A stretch of 64,000 nt of DNA from NCBI RefSeq assembly GCF_988243305.1, contig NZ_OZ547136.1; one strand, given 5' to 3'. Shown in pieces: positions 10,198-21,134 of this stretch; positions within the stretch are counted from its first letter, which is position 1, and each line of letters begins with the position of its first letter. Both the position numbers and the translations under genes were made by a program. The notes under the pieces were generated by a model that saw nothing but the letters and a program-made list of their open reading frames with translations, made no database searches and was not told the DNA's origin.

Positions 10198-11136
10198 TCA
10201 GTTAAAAGGTTGTAAGTCGACGCGCGCCATCATTGCGGCCAACTGCGGACGATCGGTAATACCCACATTGCTTTGACTTACCGCCAGGGCTGCAACAGCT
10301 GTCGCCAGACGCAGTGTGTGTTCACTGGATTCACGCATCAGCAAGCCATAAATCAGGCCACCAACCATAGAATCCCCTGCGCCAACGGTGCTTACGACAT
10401 CGACTGACGGTGGTTTGGCGATCCATTCGCCGGAGGCATTAACCCAAAGCGCGCCTTCGGCACCCAGTGAAATAACGACATGCGCGATACCCTGTTCACG
10501 CAGCGCATGCGCAGCTTCAATCACATCTTTCATTTCAGGCAGTTTACGGCCCGCCCAGATTTCCAGCTCGCGGCGGTTAGGTTTCACCAGCCACGGTGCC
10601 GCTTTCAAACCTGCTACTAACGCTTCACGGCTACTATCAAAGATAATGCAAGGACACTGACTACGCAGGCGAGTCATCCAGTCGGTGAACGCTTCCGGGC
10701 TGACGCCTGACGGTAAGCTTCCGCTGACACAGACCATATCGAACTGACCGAGCCAGCTCAGAGAATCAGTCACAAAGCGTTCCCAGTCGGCGGGAGTGAC
10801 TTCAAAACCCGAGAAGTTGAAGTCGGTCACTTCGCCGTCTTTTTCCGTCAGCTTAACGTTAATTCGGGTGCGCCCCTGTACAACCTGGAAACGGTTGGCA
10901 ATGCCCAGCTCGCTGAACAGTTGCTGAAAACCATCCTGATTGTCTTTACCGAGGAAGCCGCCAACGGTGACATCAATTCCCAGGTCTTTTAATACTTTGG
11001 CCACGTTGATGCCTTTACCCGCCGCATGCAGACCGGTGGTTTTCACCAGGTTCACTTCGCCGCGTTCAATTTCCGGGCAGAAACCAACAAGGTCATAAGC
11101 CGGATTAAGGGTGATAGTAGCAACACGTCTGCTCAT
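10198..11136 (-). CDS. fruK: 1-phosphofructokinase
   Basis: 312-aa PfkB-family ORF; overlaps fruB by 1 nt. Confidence 0.95.
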   Translation of the reverse strand: MSRRVATITLNPAYDLVGFCPEIERGEVNLVKTTGLHAAGKGINVAKVLKDLGIDVTVGGFLGKDNQDGFQQLFSELGIANRFQVVQGRTRINVKLTEKDGEVTDFNFSGFEVTPADWERFVTDSLSWLGQFDMVCVSGSLPSGVSPEAFTDWMTRLRSQCPCIIFDSSREALVAGLKAAPWLVKPNRRELEIWAGRKLPEMKDVIEAAHALREQGIAHVVISLGAEGALWVNASGEWIAKPPSVDVVSTVGAGDSMVGGLIYGLLMRESSEHTLRLATAVAALAVSQSNVGITDRPQLAAMMARVDLQPFN

Positions 11137-12266
11137 TATGCGCCCTCCCCAAGACCAGCAGCGATAGCGTCGCCAATGGCTTTCAGCGCCTGTTCAGCAT
11201 CTGCACCCTGGGCGGTAAAGCGTAGGCGATGACCTTTCTTAACGCCAAGTGCCACAACTTTCATCAGACTACGTCCGTTTGCCGGTTTGCCGGTGCCATC
11301 AAGGTTTGTCACGGTAATATCACTGTTAAATTGTTTAATGGTATTGACCAGCATGGTACCTGGACGAGCATGCAGGCCGTGTTCATTGCGCACCACAAAC
11401 TCCGCGCTTAACACGTCGTCGGTCGGCGCATCATCGCTGGTCAGCAGCGCCAGCAACGTTGCCGCATCCGCTTTCAGCAAGCGGTCAGCTTTATTGTCGA
11501 GTAACAAATCAGCGAGACGCTTAAGAACCGCAATGGGCTGATCGTCATTCATCGCCACACTCACCAGCATGGCTGCCGTTTCGCCGTCCACATCAAAAGC
11601 ATTTGCCGCACGGCTTACCGCAATCGCGCTACGCAGATTGCCTTCGGCGCTATCGCTCAGCCAGATACCCTGTCCGAGGTTCAGCGGTTGTTCATTGATA
11701 GCTTTGGTGACGAAAGTGGCGTCAACTGCCCCCGCCTCTTTCAGACGAGCAGCGTTCAGCGCCTGAAGAGTCAGCAGATCGCTGGCGACGATATCCAGCG
11801 TCAGCATTTCGTTGTCGAGCTTCAGCTGCTCACTCTGCTTTTCGCCCATCAGCAATGCGCGAAGTTCTTCTGCTGTTGTTGCTGACTTCAGTTGTTCAGC
11901 AACGGAATCATCGCTCAGTACGTGGGTCAGCTGGCGTAGCAGGCCCAGATGTTCATCCGAGCTGGCAGCAATACCGATCGCCACGTACGCTACCTGGCCG
12001 TCACCCCAGGTGACGCCTTCCGGGAACTGAAATACCTGAACGCCGGTTTTCAGCACCTGATCGCGGGTGTCGGTAGTGCCGTGTGGAATAGCAATACCAT
12101 TGCCGAGGAACGTAGAGGTTTGCTGTTCGCGCGCCAGCATGCCATTGACGTAGCCTTCAGCTACATTACCGGCCTGCACCAGCGCCGCAGCGACATGGCG
12201 AATCGCCTCTTCTTTGTCTCCGGCCTTTTCGCCCGGATGGATGTCCTGTACGGATAACTGGAACAT
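11136..12266 (-). CDS. fruB: PTS fructose-specific EIIA / FPr fusion protein
   Basis: 376-aa ORF matching FruB. Confidence 0.95.
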   Translation of the reverse strand: MFQLSVQDIHPGEKAGDKEEAIRHVAAALVQAGNVAEGYVNGMLAREQQTSTFLGNGIAIPHGTTDTRDQVLKTGVQVFQFPEGVTWGDGQVAYVAIGIAASSDEHLGLLRQLTHVLSDDSVAEQLKSATTAEELRALLMGEKQSEQLKLDNEMLTLDIVASDLLTLQALNAARLKEAGAVDATFVTKAINEQPLNLGQGIWLSDSAEGNLRSAIAVSRAANAFDVDGETAAMLVSVAMNDDQPIAVLKRLADLLLDNKADRLLKADAATLLALLTSDDAPTDDVLSAEFVVRNEHGLHARPGTMLVNTIKQFNSDITVTNLDGTGKPANGRSLMKVVALGVKKGHRLRFTAQGADAEQALKAIGDAIAAGLGEGA

Positions 12267-12280
12267 AGTTCTCCTCTCTT

Positions 12281-12301
12281 GCTGAATTGAAACGATTCAG
12301 C
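12281..12301 (-). promoter_or_regulatory. Cra (FruR) operator in fruB leader
   Basis: Minus-strand GCTGAATCGTTTCAATTCAGC, a palindromic Cra-type site 15 nt upstream of the fruB ATG. Confidence 0.7.
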
Positions 12302-12352
12302 TTCTATGAGAAAAAAAGCGCCAACCTGGCTTAGGGTTAAAGACAAGATCGC

Positions 12353-12368
12353 GCTGAAACGTTTCAAG
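12353..12368 (-). promoter_or_regulatory. Cra (FruR) operator, second site
   Basis: GCTGAAACGTTTCAAG containing the perfect palindrome TGAAACGTTTCA. Confidence 0.7.
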
Positions 12369-12633
12369 AAAGCATAATACTTCTGTTTCAGCACGCAAGG
12401 AAAGCCGTAAAGTTATGAGCAAAAGTTTGATGTGCTGCACAATTTTTTGTCATTTTTCCTAATTGCTGATGGGAAAATCCGTTATCAGCAATTTCATTTC
12501 AGCAGCGTCAGCAGCCAATCAGCAACAGTGAAATGGCATTTTGATTATTCGTGGCGCTTTTGATTTCGCTGTCTGTTTATTTTCTGACAAGCAGCGTAAA
12601 CTCCGCGTCTTCCTCTTCCAGTGATCGACCAGC

Positions 12634-13815
12634 ATGCATAACTCCCCCGCAGTCTCCAGCGCGAAATCGTTTGACCTGACCTCGACGGCGTTTTTAATCG
12701 TTGCTTTTCTCACCGGTATTGCGGGCGCTCTGCAAACCCCGACACTCAGTATTTTTCTTACTGATGAAGTACATGCCCGCCCGGCGATGGTGGGATTCTT
12801 CTTTACCGGCAGCGCTGTCATTGGGATTCTGGTAAGTCAGTTTCTCGCCGGGCGCTCTGATAAGCGCGGCGATCGCAAATCGCTGATTGTCTTTTGCTGC
12901 CTGTTAGGCGTGCTGGCCTGCACTCTTTTTGCCTGGAATCGCAACTACTTTGTTTTGCTATTCGTTGGCGTCTTTCTTAGCAGCTTTGGCTCGACTGCTA
13001 ACCCGCAAATGTTTGCCCTCGCCCGTGAACATGCTGACAAAACCGGACGTGAAGCGGTGATGTTCAGCTCTTTTTTACGCGCTCAGGTTTCACTGGCATG
13101 GGTCATTGGCCCGCCGCTGGCTTATGCCTTAGCGATGGGTTTCAGCTTTACGGTAATGTATCTGAGCGCAGCGGTAGCGTTTATTGTTTGCGGCGTGATG
13201 GTGTGGCTGTTTTTACCGTCGATGCAAAAAGAACTTCCACTGGCGACCGGCACGGTTGAAGCGCCGCGCCGTAACCGTCGCGATACGCTGCTGCTGTTTG
13301 TCATTTGTACATTGATGTGGGGCTCGAACAGCCTGTACATCATCAACATGCCGCTATTTATTATCAACGAACTGCATCTTCCCGAGAAACTGGCCGGTGT
13401 GATGATGGGGACCGCCGCCGGGCTGGAAATCCCGACCATGTTGATTGCCGGATATTTCGCCAAACGTCTGGGTAAGCGTTTCTTAATGCGCGTTGCTGCC
13501 GTGGGTGGCGTCTGTTTTTACGCAGGAATGCTGATGGCGCATTCACCTGTCATTCTGTTGGGCTTGCAGCTGCTAAATGCTATTTTTATTGGCATTCTGG
13601 GTGGCATCGGGATGCTCTATTTTCAGGATTTGATGCCCGGTCAGGCAGGTTCAGCCACCACGCTCTATACCAACACTTCGCGCGTGGGCTGGATCATCGC
13701 AGGATCAGTGGCGGGCATCGTCGCCGAGATCTGGAATTATCACGCTGTGTTCTGGTTTGCGATGGTGATGATTATCGCCACTCTGTTTTGCTTACTACGG
13801 ATTAAAGATGTTTAA
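12634..13815 (+). CDS. setB: Sugar efflux transporter (MFS, SET family)
   Basis: 393-aa polytopic membrane ORF matching SetB. Confidence 0.9.
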   Translation: MHNSPAVSSAKSFDLTSTAFLIVAFLTGIAGALQTPTLSIFLTDEVHARPAMVGFFFTGSAVIGILVSQFLAGRSDKRGDRKSLIVFCCLLGVLACTLFAWNRNYFVLLFVGVFLSSFGSTANPQMFALAREHADKTGREAVMFSSFLRAQVSLAWVIGPPLAYALAMGFSFTVMYLSAAVAFIVCGVMVWLFLPSMQKELPLATGTVEAPRRNRRDTLLLFVICTLMWGSNSLYIINMPLFIINELHLPEKLAGVMMGTAAGLEIPTMLIAGYFAKRLGKRFLMRVAAVGGVCFYAGMLMAHSPVILLGLQLLNAIFIGILGGIGMLYFQDLMPGQAGSATTLYTNTSRVGWIIAGSVAGIVAEIWNYHAVFWFAMVMIIATLFCLLRIKDV

Positions 13816-14066
13816 GGCGCGGTCAGGATTTCCAGATCGATAAGCCAGGTCATCGCCTGCTGACGCGAGTTACCGCACATTTCAGCGCTGGCTTGTAAGC
13901 CTGCACAGACTTTCGGTCGCAGTGGCGAGGTGAAAATTTTACAGCGTTGCTGTTCATCAAGCTGAATGCAGGGCGTATTGGCGGGCTTGCCATCTGGCAT
14001 ACCGGGAATAGGGCTGGAAATTGAAGGGGCAGTGCAACACGCCCCGCAACCCGGACGGCATTCCAT
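13812..14066 (-). CDS. yeiW: Small cysteine-cluster protein (UPF0153 family)
   Basis: ORF track gives 128 aa from 14198; internal Met at 14066 gives the 84-aa Cys-rich protein ([11 protein letters not shown]...). 4-nt convergent overlap with setB. Confidence 0.75.
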
Positions 14067-14220
14067 ACGTTGTTCTCTTAAGGTTAACCACCGGATTGAT
14101 GAGCGCGCACAGTACCACCTTTTTTGCACCAGCAAAAGTGCGAATACCACTTGCCCGAAAGGCCCGTCGCGAGTACTTTGTCGCGATATTTTTGACATTT
14201 TCGACTACAGGAATTTTTCG

Positions 14221-14793
14221 ATGCCAAGAGCGAACGAAATTAAAAAAGGTATGGTACTGAATTACAACGGCAAACTGCTGCTGGTTAAGGATATTGATAT
14301 TCAGTCGCCCACTGCCCGCGGTGCCGCTACGCTGTACAAAATGCGTTTTTCTGATGTCCGTACCGGGCTGAAAGTAGAAGAGCGTTTCAAAGGAGATGAT
14401 ATCGTTGACACCGTGACGCTGACCCGCCGTTACGTTGACTTCTCCTATGTCGATGGCAACGAATATGTCTTTATGGATAAAGAAGACTATACCCCGTATA
14501 CCTTCACCAAAGATCAGATTGAAGAAGAGTTGCTGTTTATGCCAGAGGGCGGCATGCCGGACATGCAGGTGCTGACCTGGGACGGTCAACTGCTGGCGCT
14601 TGAGCTGCCGCAGACCGTTGATCTGGAAATCGTTGAAACCGCACCTGGCATCAAAGGGGCATCTGCCAGCGCCCGTAACAAACCGGCGACATTGAGCACT
14701 GGTCTGGTGATTCAGGTACCAGAATACTTAAGCCCGGGCGAAAAAATTCGTATCCATATCGAAGAACGCCGTTATATGGGTCGTGCTGACTAA
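14221..14793 (+). CDS. yeiP: Elongation factor P-like protein
   Basis: ORF track starts at 13966 (275 aa); ATG at 14221 gives the 190-aa EF-P paralog ([20 protein letters not shown]...). Confidence 0.9.
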
Positions 14794-15015
14794 CTTCAGC
14801 CGCATGCAGAAAAGGGATAGCTCAGGCTGTCCCTTTTTTAATTTATTATACCAATCTTCTATTTTGCGCTTCCTGAACACCTTACGTCCTCAATTTTCAC
14901 TCGTTGATTGATCGCCCTCACACTTCATCGCATTAACAATCCAGACCAATTTCAATTGCTGTCATATAACTTTACACTGTCATTGTTAATTAATCGTTAC
15001 TAAGACGTGACTCCT

Positions 15016-16482
15016 ATGAATACAATCGCCTCCGTTACGCTCCCGCATCATGTACACGCTCCACGCTACGATCGCCAGCAGTTGCAATCACGTATCGTTC
15101 ATTTTGGCTTTGGAGCCTTTCACCGCGCACATCAGGCGTTACTGACCGATCGTGTGCTGAATGCCCAGGGCGGTGACTGGGGGATCTGTGAAATCAGCTT
15201 GTTCAGCGGTGATCAACTGATGAGCCAGCTCCGCGCACAGAACCATTTATATACCGTGCTGGAGAAAGGGGCGGACGGCAATCAGGCGATAATTGTCGGT
15301 GCCGTTCACGAATGCCTTAATGCAAAACTGGATTCCTTAGCGGCAATTATTGAGAAATTTTGCGAGCCACAGGTGGCAATTGTTTCCCTGACGATTACCG
15401 AAAAAGGCTATTGTATTGACCCGGCCACCGGTGCACTCGACACCAGCAATCCGCGGATTATTCACGATCTACAAAACCCTGAAGAACCTCACTCCGCGCC
15501 GGGTATTCTCGTCGAAGCACTGAAACGACGCCGTGAACGCGGCCTTGCACCGTTTACCGTACTCTCCTGCGACAATATTCCCGACAATGGCCATGTGGTG
15601 AAAAACGCGGTGCTGGGGATGGCGGAAAAACGTTCACCAGAACTCGCCGGGTGGATAAAAGAACACGTCAGTTTTCCGGGAACCATGGTCGACCGTATTG
15701 TTCCGGCAGCAACCGACGAATCACTGGCGGAAATCAGCCAGCATCTGGGGGTGAATGATCCCTGCGCGATTAGCTGCGAACCGTTTATCCAGTGGGTGGT
15801 GGAAGATAACTTCGTCGCTGGGCGTCCTGCCTGGGAAGTCGCAGGTGTACAAATGGTGAATGATGTCCTGCCATGGGAAGAGATGAAACTGCGTATGCTT
15901 AATGGCAGCCACTCTTTTCTCGCTTATCTGGGTTACCTCTCAGGATTCGCCCATATCAGTGATTGCATGCAGGATCGCGCATTTCGCCATGCCTCCAGAA
16001 CATTAATGCTGGATGAGCAAGCGCCAACACTGCGAATTAAAGATGTCGATTTAACACAATATGCGGATAAGTTAATTGCACGTTTTGCTAATCCGGCGCT
16101 GAAACATAAGACCTGGCAAATCGCAATGGATGGTAGCCAGAAATTACCGCAACGCATGCTGGCAGGTATTCGCATACATCTGGGGCGCGAAACGGACTGG
16201 TCGATGCTGGCATTAGGCGTTGCAGGCTGGATGCGTTACGTCAGCGGCGTTGATGATGCCGGAAATGCCATTGATGTTCGCGATCCGCTTAGCGATAAAA
16301 TTCGCGAACTTGTTGCGGGCAGTAGCAGTGAACAACGCGTAACCGCCCTGCTTTCCCTGCGTGAAGTTTTCGGTGATGATCTGCCAGATAACCCGCATTT
16401 TGTGCAGGCTATCGAACAAGCCTGGCAACAAATCGCACAATTCGGCGCGCATCAGGCGCTATTAAACACCCTCAAAATTTAA
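15016..16482 (+). CDS. yeiQ: Putative mannitol-dehydrogenase-family oxidoreductase
   Basis: ORF track starts at GTG 15007; ATG at 15016 gives 488 aa. Start is uncertain. Confidence 0.85.
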   Translation: MNTIASVTLPHHVHAPRYDRQQLQSRIVHFGFGAFHRAHQALLTDRVLNAQGGDWGICEISLFSGDQLMSQLRAQNHLYTVLEKGADGNQAIIVGAVHECLNAKLDSLAAIIEKFCEPQVAIVSLTITEKGYCIDPATGALDTSNPRIIHDLQNPEEPHSAPGILVEALKRRRERGLAPFTVLSCDNIPDNGHVVKNAVLGMAEKRSPELAGWIKEHVSFPGTMVDRIVPAATDESLAEISQHLGVNDPCAISCEPFIQWVVEDNFVAGRPAWEVAGVQMVNDVLPWEEMKLRMLNGSHSFLAYLGYLSGFAHISDCMQDRAFRHASRTLMLDEQAPTLRIKDVDLTQYADKLIARFANPALKHKTWQIAMDGSQKLPQRMLAGIRIHLGRETDWSMLALGVAGWMRYVSGVDDAGNAIDVRDPLSDKIRELVAGSSSEQRVTALLSLREVFGDDLPDNPHFVQAIEQAWQQIAQFGAHQALLNTLKI

Positions 16483-16599
16483 CGATTTCTGCGGTTAAAG
16501 CGGATGAAGCTCGCCTTCGTCCGCTCCCCCCTTCTCTTTTCTGCCTTTTTTAGCCAGGATTAACGCTCAGTTAACTTTTAAGAGTATTGCGGAGCCGTT

Positions 16600-17586
16600 G
16601 TGACCAGGACCAACCTCATCACCGGTTTTCTCGGCAGCGGGAAAACTACGTCGATTCTTCATCTTTTAGCCCATAAAGATCCCAACGAAAAATGGGCGGT
16701 ACTGGTTAATGAATTTGGGGAAGTCGGAATTGATGGTGCTTTGCTCGCCGATAGCGGCGCATTGCTGAAAGAGATCCCCGGCGGCTGCATGTGCTGCGTT
16801 AATGGTTTACCCATGCAGGTAGGGTTGAATACCTTACTGCGTCAGGGAAAACCAGACCGCTTGTTGATAGAGCCGACCGGACTGGGTCATCCGAAACAGA
16901 TCCTAGATCTCTTAACCGCGCCCGTGTATGAACCGTGGATAGATCTGCGCGCCACGTTGTGCATTCTCGATCCACGCCTGCTGCTGGACGAAAAAAGCGC
17001 CAGCAATGAAAACTTCCGTGACCAGCTGGCTGCCGCAGACATTATTGTCGCCAATAAATCCGACCGTGCGACGCCCGAAAGTGAGCAAGCGCTACAGCGC
17101 TGGTGGCAGCAAAATGGTGGCGATCGGCAATTAATTCACAGCGAGCATGGGAAAATTGACGGTCATCTTCTGGATTTGCCGCGTCGCAATTTAGCCGAGT
17201 TGCCCGCCAGCGCCGCACATTCTCATCATCATAGCGTGAAAAAAGGGTTAGCAGCGTTAAGCCTGCCAGAGCATCAACGCTGGCGTCGCAGTCTGAACAG
17301 CGGGCAAGGATATCAGGCCTGCGGCTGGATATTCGACGCTGATACGGTATTCGACACCATTGGCATTCTGGAATGGGCGCGACTTGCATCGGTAGAACGC
17401 GTCAAAGGCGTGCTGCGTATTCCCGAAGGGCTGGTGCGAATCAACCGTCAGGGCGATGACCTGCACATTGAAACGCAAAACATTGCGCCACCGGACAGCC
17501 GTATTGAGCTGATTTCCAGCAGCGAAGCTGACTGGAATGCCTTGCAGAGCGCGCTGTTGAAGCTTCGTTTAGCGACTACCGCGTAA
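16600..17586 (+). CDS. yeiR: COG0523-family GTPase (CobW-like, zinc-associated)
   Basis: 328-aa ORF with N-terminal P-loop GFLGSGKTT and a CxCC motif. Confidence 0.85.
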   Translation: MTRTNLITGFLGSGKTTSILHLLAHKDPNEKWAVLVNEFGEVGIDGALLADSGALLKEIPGGCMCCVNGLPMQVGLNTLLRQGKPDRLLIEPTGLGHPKQILDLLTAPVYEPWIDLRATLCILDPRLLLDEKSASNENFRDQLAAADIIVANKSDRATPESEQALQRWWQQNGGDRQLIHSEHGKIDGHLLDLPRRNLAELPASAAHSHHHSVKKGLAALSLPEHQRWRRSLNSGQGYQACGWIFDADTVFDTIGILEWARLASVERVKGVLRIPEGLVRINRQGDDLHIETQNIAPPDSRIELISSSEADWNALQSALLKLRLATTA

Positions 17587-17624
17587 GGTTGCCTGCGTTT
17601 TTCAGTAAGATAATTAGAGAAAAT

Positions 17625-18338
17625 ATGATTAAAAATTTGCCGCAAATAGTGTTGTTGAATATTGTCGGCCTCGCGCTGTTTCTTTCCTGGTATATACCCG
17701 TTAATCATGGATTCTGGTTGCCGATTGATGCGGATATTTTTTATTTCTTTAATCAGAAACTGGTCGAAAGTAAGGCCTTTTTGTGGCTGGTTGCATTGAC
17801 CAACAATCGCGCTTTCGACGGTTGTTCACTGCTGGCGATGGGAATGTTGATGCTGAGTTTCTGGCTGAAAGAACACGCCCCAGGCAGACGACGTATCGTG
17901 ATTATTGGTCTGGTCATGCTATTAACTGCAGTGGTATTAAACCAGCTGGGTCAGGCATTAATTCCTGTAAAACGGGCCAGCCCAACATTGACTTTTACCG
18001 ATATTAACCGCGTCAGCGAACTGCTCTCTGTTCCCACGAAAGATGCCTCACGAGATAGCTTTCCCGGCGATCACGGTATGATGCTGCTTATTTTTTCGGC
18101 ATTCATGTGGCGTTATTTCGGCAAAGTTGCAGGCCTTATCGCCCTTATTATTTTTGTGGTTTTTGCGTTTCCCAGAGTAATGATTGGCGCACACTGGTTT
18201 ACTGACATCATTGTCGGTTCGATGACCGTGATATTGATCGGTTTGCCCTGGGTGTTGCTGACGCCATTAAGTGATCGATTAATCACCTTTTTTGACAAAT
18301 CACTACCGGGAAAAAACAAACATTTCCAAAACAAATAA
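17625..18338 (+). CDS. lpxT: Lipid A 1-diphosphate synthase (PAP2 family)
   Basis: ORF track starts at 17589; ATG at 17625 (MIKNLPQIVLL...) gives 237 aa. Confidence 0.85.
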   Translation: MIKNLPQIVLLNIVGLALFLSWYIPVNHGFWLPIDADIFYFFNQKLVESKAFLWLVALTNNRAFDGCSLLAMGMLMLSFWLKEHAPGRRRIVIIGLVMLLTAVVLNQLGQALIPVKRASPTLTFTDINRVSELLSVPTKDASRDSFPGDHGMMLLIFSAFMWRYFGKVAGLIALIIFVVFAFPRVMIGAHWFTDIIVGSMTVILIGLPWVLLTPLSDRLITFFDKSLPGKNKHFQNK

Positions 18339-18749
18339 CTCACAGTAATTAACATCATCAGGGTTATTTTTATAGTGAGGATAATCCTGATGATGCGCAC
18401 CGTGCTTTCATCTATCGAACGCAAAAATCATTCTCTAAGTAAATGAATGGATTGCATGCGTTTCACTCAATCGTACTTTAATTGACCAATCCCGCTTATT
18501 AACTTTCTGTATCACTTTTTCTTATAAAAAATCATGTAAAACCGCTCGCCAAGACCGCACCAATCGGGTAATCTCGAACTCGTTTTGCCTCGGCGGTAGA
18601 TTATCCTCACAGCATATAATTTTGTGCGTTAGTCCACAGATTTGGCCTTAAGGAATTGTTTCAACATGCCCAGGTAATTAGTCTCGTGTCGCTTGGCATT
18701 TTTTTATAACGATATTTGTCGTTAAGGACTTCAAGGGAAAACAAACAAC

Positions 18750-19316
18750 ATGGTCAAATCTCAACCGATTTTGAGATATATCTTGCGCGGGATCCCCGCG
18801 ATTGCAGTAGCGGTTCTGCTTTCTGCATGTAGTGCAAATAACACCGCAAAGAATATGCATCCTGAGACACGTGCAGTGGGTAGTGAAACATCATCACTGC
18901 AAGCTTCTCAGGATGAATTTGAAAACCTGGTTCGTAATGTCGACGTAAAATCGCGAATTATGGATCAGTATGCTGACTGGAAAGGCGTACGCTATCGTCT
19001 GGGCGGCAGCACTAAAAAAGGTATCGATTGTTCTGGTTTCGTACAGCGTACATTCCGTGAGCAATTTGGCTTAGAACTTCCGCGTTCGACTTACGAACAG
19101 CAGGAAATGGGTAAATCTGTTTCCCGCAGTAATTTGCGTACGGGTGATTTAGTTCTGTTCCGTGCCGGTTCAACAGGACGCCATGTCGGTATTTATATCG
19201 GCAACAATCAGTTTGTCCATGCTTCCACCAGCAGTGGTGTTATTATTTCCAGCATGAATGAACCGTACTGGAAGAAGCGTTACAACGAAGCACGCCGGGT
19301 TCTCAGCCGCAGCTAA
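18750..19316 (+). CDS. mepS: Peptidoglycan DD-endopeptidase, NlpC/P60 lipoprotein
   Basis: 188-aa ORF with lipobox LLSAC and NlpC/P60 catalytic Cys (GIDCSGF). Confidence 0.95.
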
Positions 19317-19363
19317 TAAACCGTTTGGATGCAATCCCTTGGCTATCCTGACGAGTTAACTGA

Positions 19364-19390
19364 AAGCACTGCTTAGGCAGTGCTTTTTTG
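19364..19390 (+). terminator. Intrinsic terminator after mepS
   Basis: Stem AAGCACTGC/GCAGTGCTT with loop TTAGG, followed by a T run. Confidence 0.7.
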
Positions 19391-19496
19391 TTTTCATTCA
19401 TCAGAGAAAATGATGTTTCCGCGTCTTGATCCAGGCTATAGTCCGGTCATTGTTATCTTTTAAATGTTGTCGTAATTTCAGGAAATTAACGGAATC

Positions 19497-21053
19497 ATGT
19501 TCATACGCGCTCCCAATTCTGGACGTAAGCTCCTGCTTACCTGCATTGTTGCAGGCGTGATGATTGCGATACTGGTGAGCTGCCTTCAGTTTTTAGTGGC
19601 CTGGCATAAGCACGAAGTCAAATACGACACACTGATTACCGACGTACAAAAGTATCTCGATACCTATTTTGCCGACCTGAAATCCACTACTGACCGGCTC
19701 CAGCCGCTGACCTTAGATACCTGCCAGCAGGCTAACCCCGAACTGACTGCCCGCGCGGCGTTTAGCATGAATGTCCGTACGTTTGTGCTGGTAAAAGATA
19801 AAAAAACATTCTGTTCATCTGCGACTGGTGAGATGGACATTCCACTCAATGAATTGATTCCGGCGCTCGACATTAATAAAAACGTCGATATGGCGATCTT
19901 ACCCGGTACGCCGATGGTGCCGAACAAACCCGCAATCGTCATCTGGTATCGCAACCCGTTGTTGAAAAATAGCGGCGTCTTTGCCGCGCTGAATCTCAAC
20001 CTGACGCCTTCACTCTTTTATAGTTCACGGCAGGAAGATTACGATGGCGTCGCCCTCATTATTGGCAATACTGCGCTATCTACCTTTTCTTCACGTTTGA
20101 TGAACGTTAATGAATTAACCGACATGCCGGTCCGTGAAACTAAAATTGCGGGCATTCCTCTGACCGTTCGGCTTTATGCGGATGACTGGACATGGAACGA
20201 TGTGTGGTACGCATTTTTACTGGGCGGCATGAGTGGAACTGTCGTTGGCCTGCTTTGCTATTACCTGATGAGCGTACGTATGCGCCCCGGCAGAGAAATC
20301 ATGACCGCCATCAAGCGCGAACAATTTTACGTGGCGTATCAACCGGTGGTGGATACACAAGCTTTGCGGGTAACGGGCCTGGAAGTACTGCTACGCTGGC
20401 GGCATCCTGTAGCGGGAGAAATTCCCCCGGATGCCTTCATTAACTTTGCCGAATCGCAAAAGATGATTGTGCCGCTGACTCAGCACCTGTTTGAGTTAAT
20501 TGCCCGCGATGCCGCAGAATTAGAAAAAGTACTGCCGGTAGGCGTCAAATTTGGCATTAACATTGCGCCGGACCATCTGCACAGCGAAAGCTTTAAAGCA
20601 GATATCCAGAAACTGCTCACTTCCCTGCCCGCACACCATTTCCAGATTGTGCTGGAAATTACCGAGCGCGATATGCTGAAAGAGCAAGAAGCCACGCAAC
20701 TCTTTGCCTGGCTACACTCGGTCGGCGTAGAAATTGCTATTGATGACTTCGGTACCGGGCACAGCGCGCTTATCTACCTTGAGCGTTTTACGCTCGATTA
20801 TCTGAAAATTGACCGTGGATTTATCAACGCCATCGGTACGGAAACGATCACTTCACCCGTACTTGACGCGGTGCTGACGCTGGCGAAACGTCTCAATATG
20901 CTGACGGTTGCTGAAGGGGTCGAAACGCCGGAACAGGCGCGATGGCTAAACGAACGCGGCGTTAATTTCATGCAAGGCTACTGGATTAGTCGCCCGTTAC
21001 CGCTGGACGATTTTGTCCGCTGGCTGAAGAAACCGTATACGCCGCAGTGGTAA
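19497..21053 (+). CDS. rtn: EAL-domain c-di-GMP phosphodiesterase (membrane-anchored)
   Basis: 518-aa ORF with N-terminal TM segment and C-terminal EAL domain. Confidence 0.9.
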   Translation: MFIRAPNSGRKLLLTCIVAGVMIAILVSCLQFLVAWHKHEVKYDTLITDVQKYLDTYFADLKSTTDRLQPLTLDTCQQANPELTARAAFSMNVRTFVLVKDKKTFCSSATGEMDIPLNELIPALDINKNVDMAILPGTPMVPNKPAIVIWYRNPLLKNSGVFAALNLNLTPSLFYSSRQEDYDGVALIIGNTALSTFSSRLMNVNELTDMPVRETKIAGIPLTVRLYADDWTWNDVWYAFLLGGMSGTVVGLLCYYLMSVRMRPGREIMTAIKREQFYVAYQPVVDTQALRVTGLEVLLRWRHPVAGEIPPDAFINFAESQKMIVPLTQHLFELIARDAAELEKVLPVGVKFGINIAPDHLHSESFKADIQKLLTSLPAHHFQIVLEITERDMLKEQEATQLFAWLHSVGVEIAIDDFGTGHSALIYLERFTLDYLKIDRGFINAIGTETITSPVLDAVLTLAKRLNMLTVAEGVETPEQARWLNERGVNFMQGYWISRPLPLDDFVRWLKKPYTPQW

Positions 21054-21134
21054 GGTGTGCTTACGTCCCTTATTATTCATAGTGAAAGCATGCCGGATTG
21101 CGGCTAATGATGAGTAAAAGGAAATCCGTTGCAG

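Noticed and set aside
9495-10205. 236-aa and 123-aa ORFs antisense to fruA
   Set aside because: Entirely within fruA on the opposite strand; Arg/Phe-rich translation; no independent support.
13957-14589. 210-aa minus-strand ORF and 275-aa plus-strand ORF overlapping yeiW/yeiP
   Set aside because: The plus ORF is an upstream in-frame extension of yeiP running antisense across yeiW; the minus ORF is antisense to yeiP. The shorter 84-aa yeiW and 190-aa yeiP match the known proteins.
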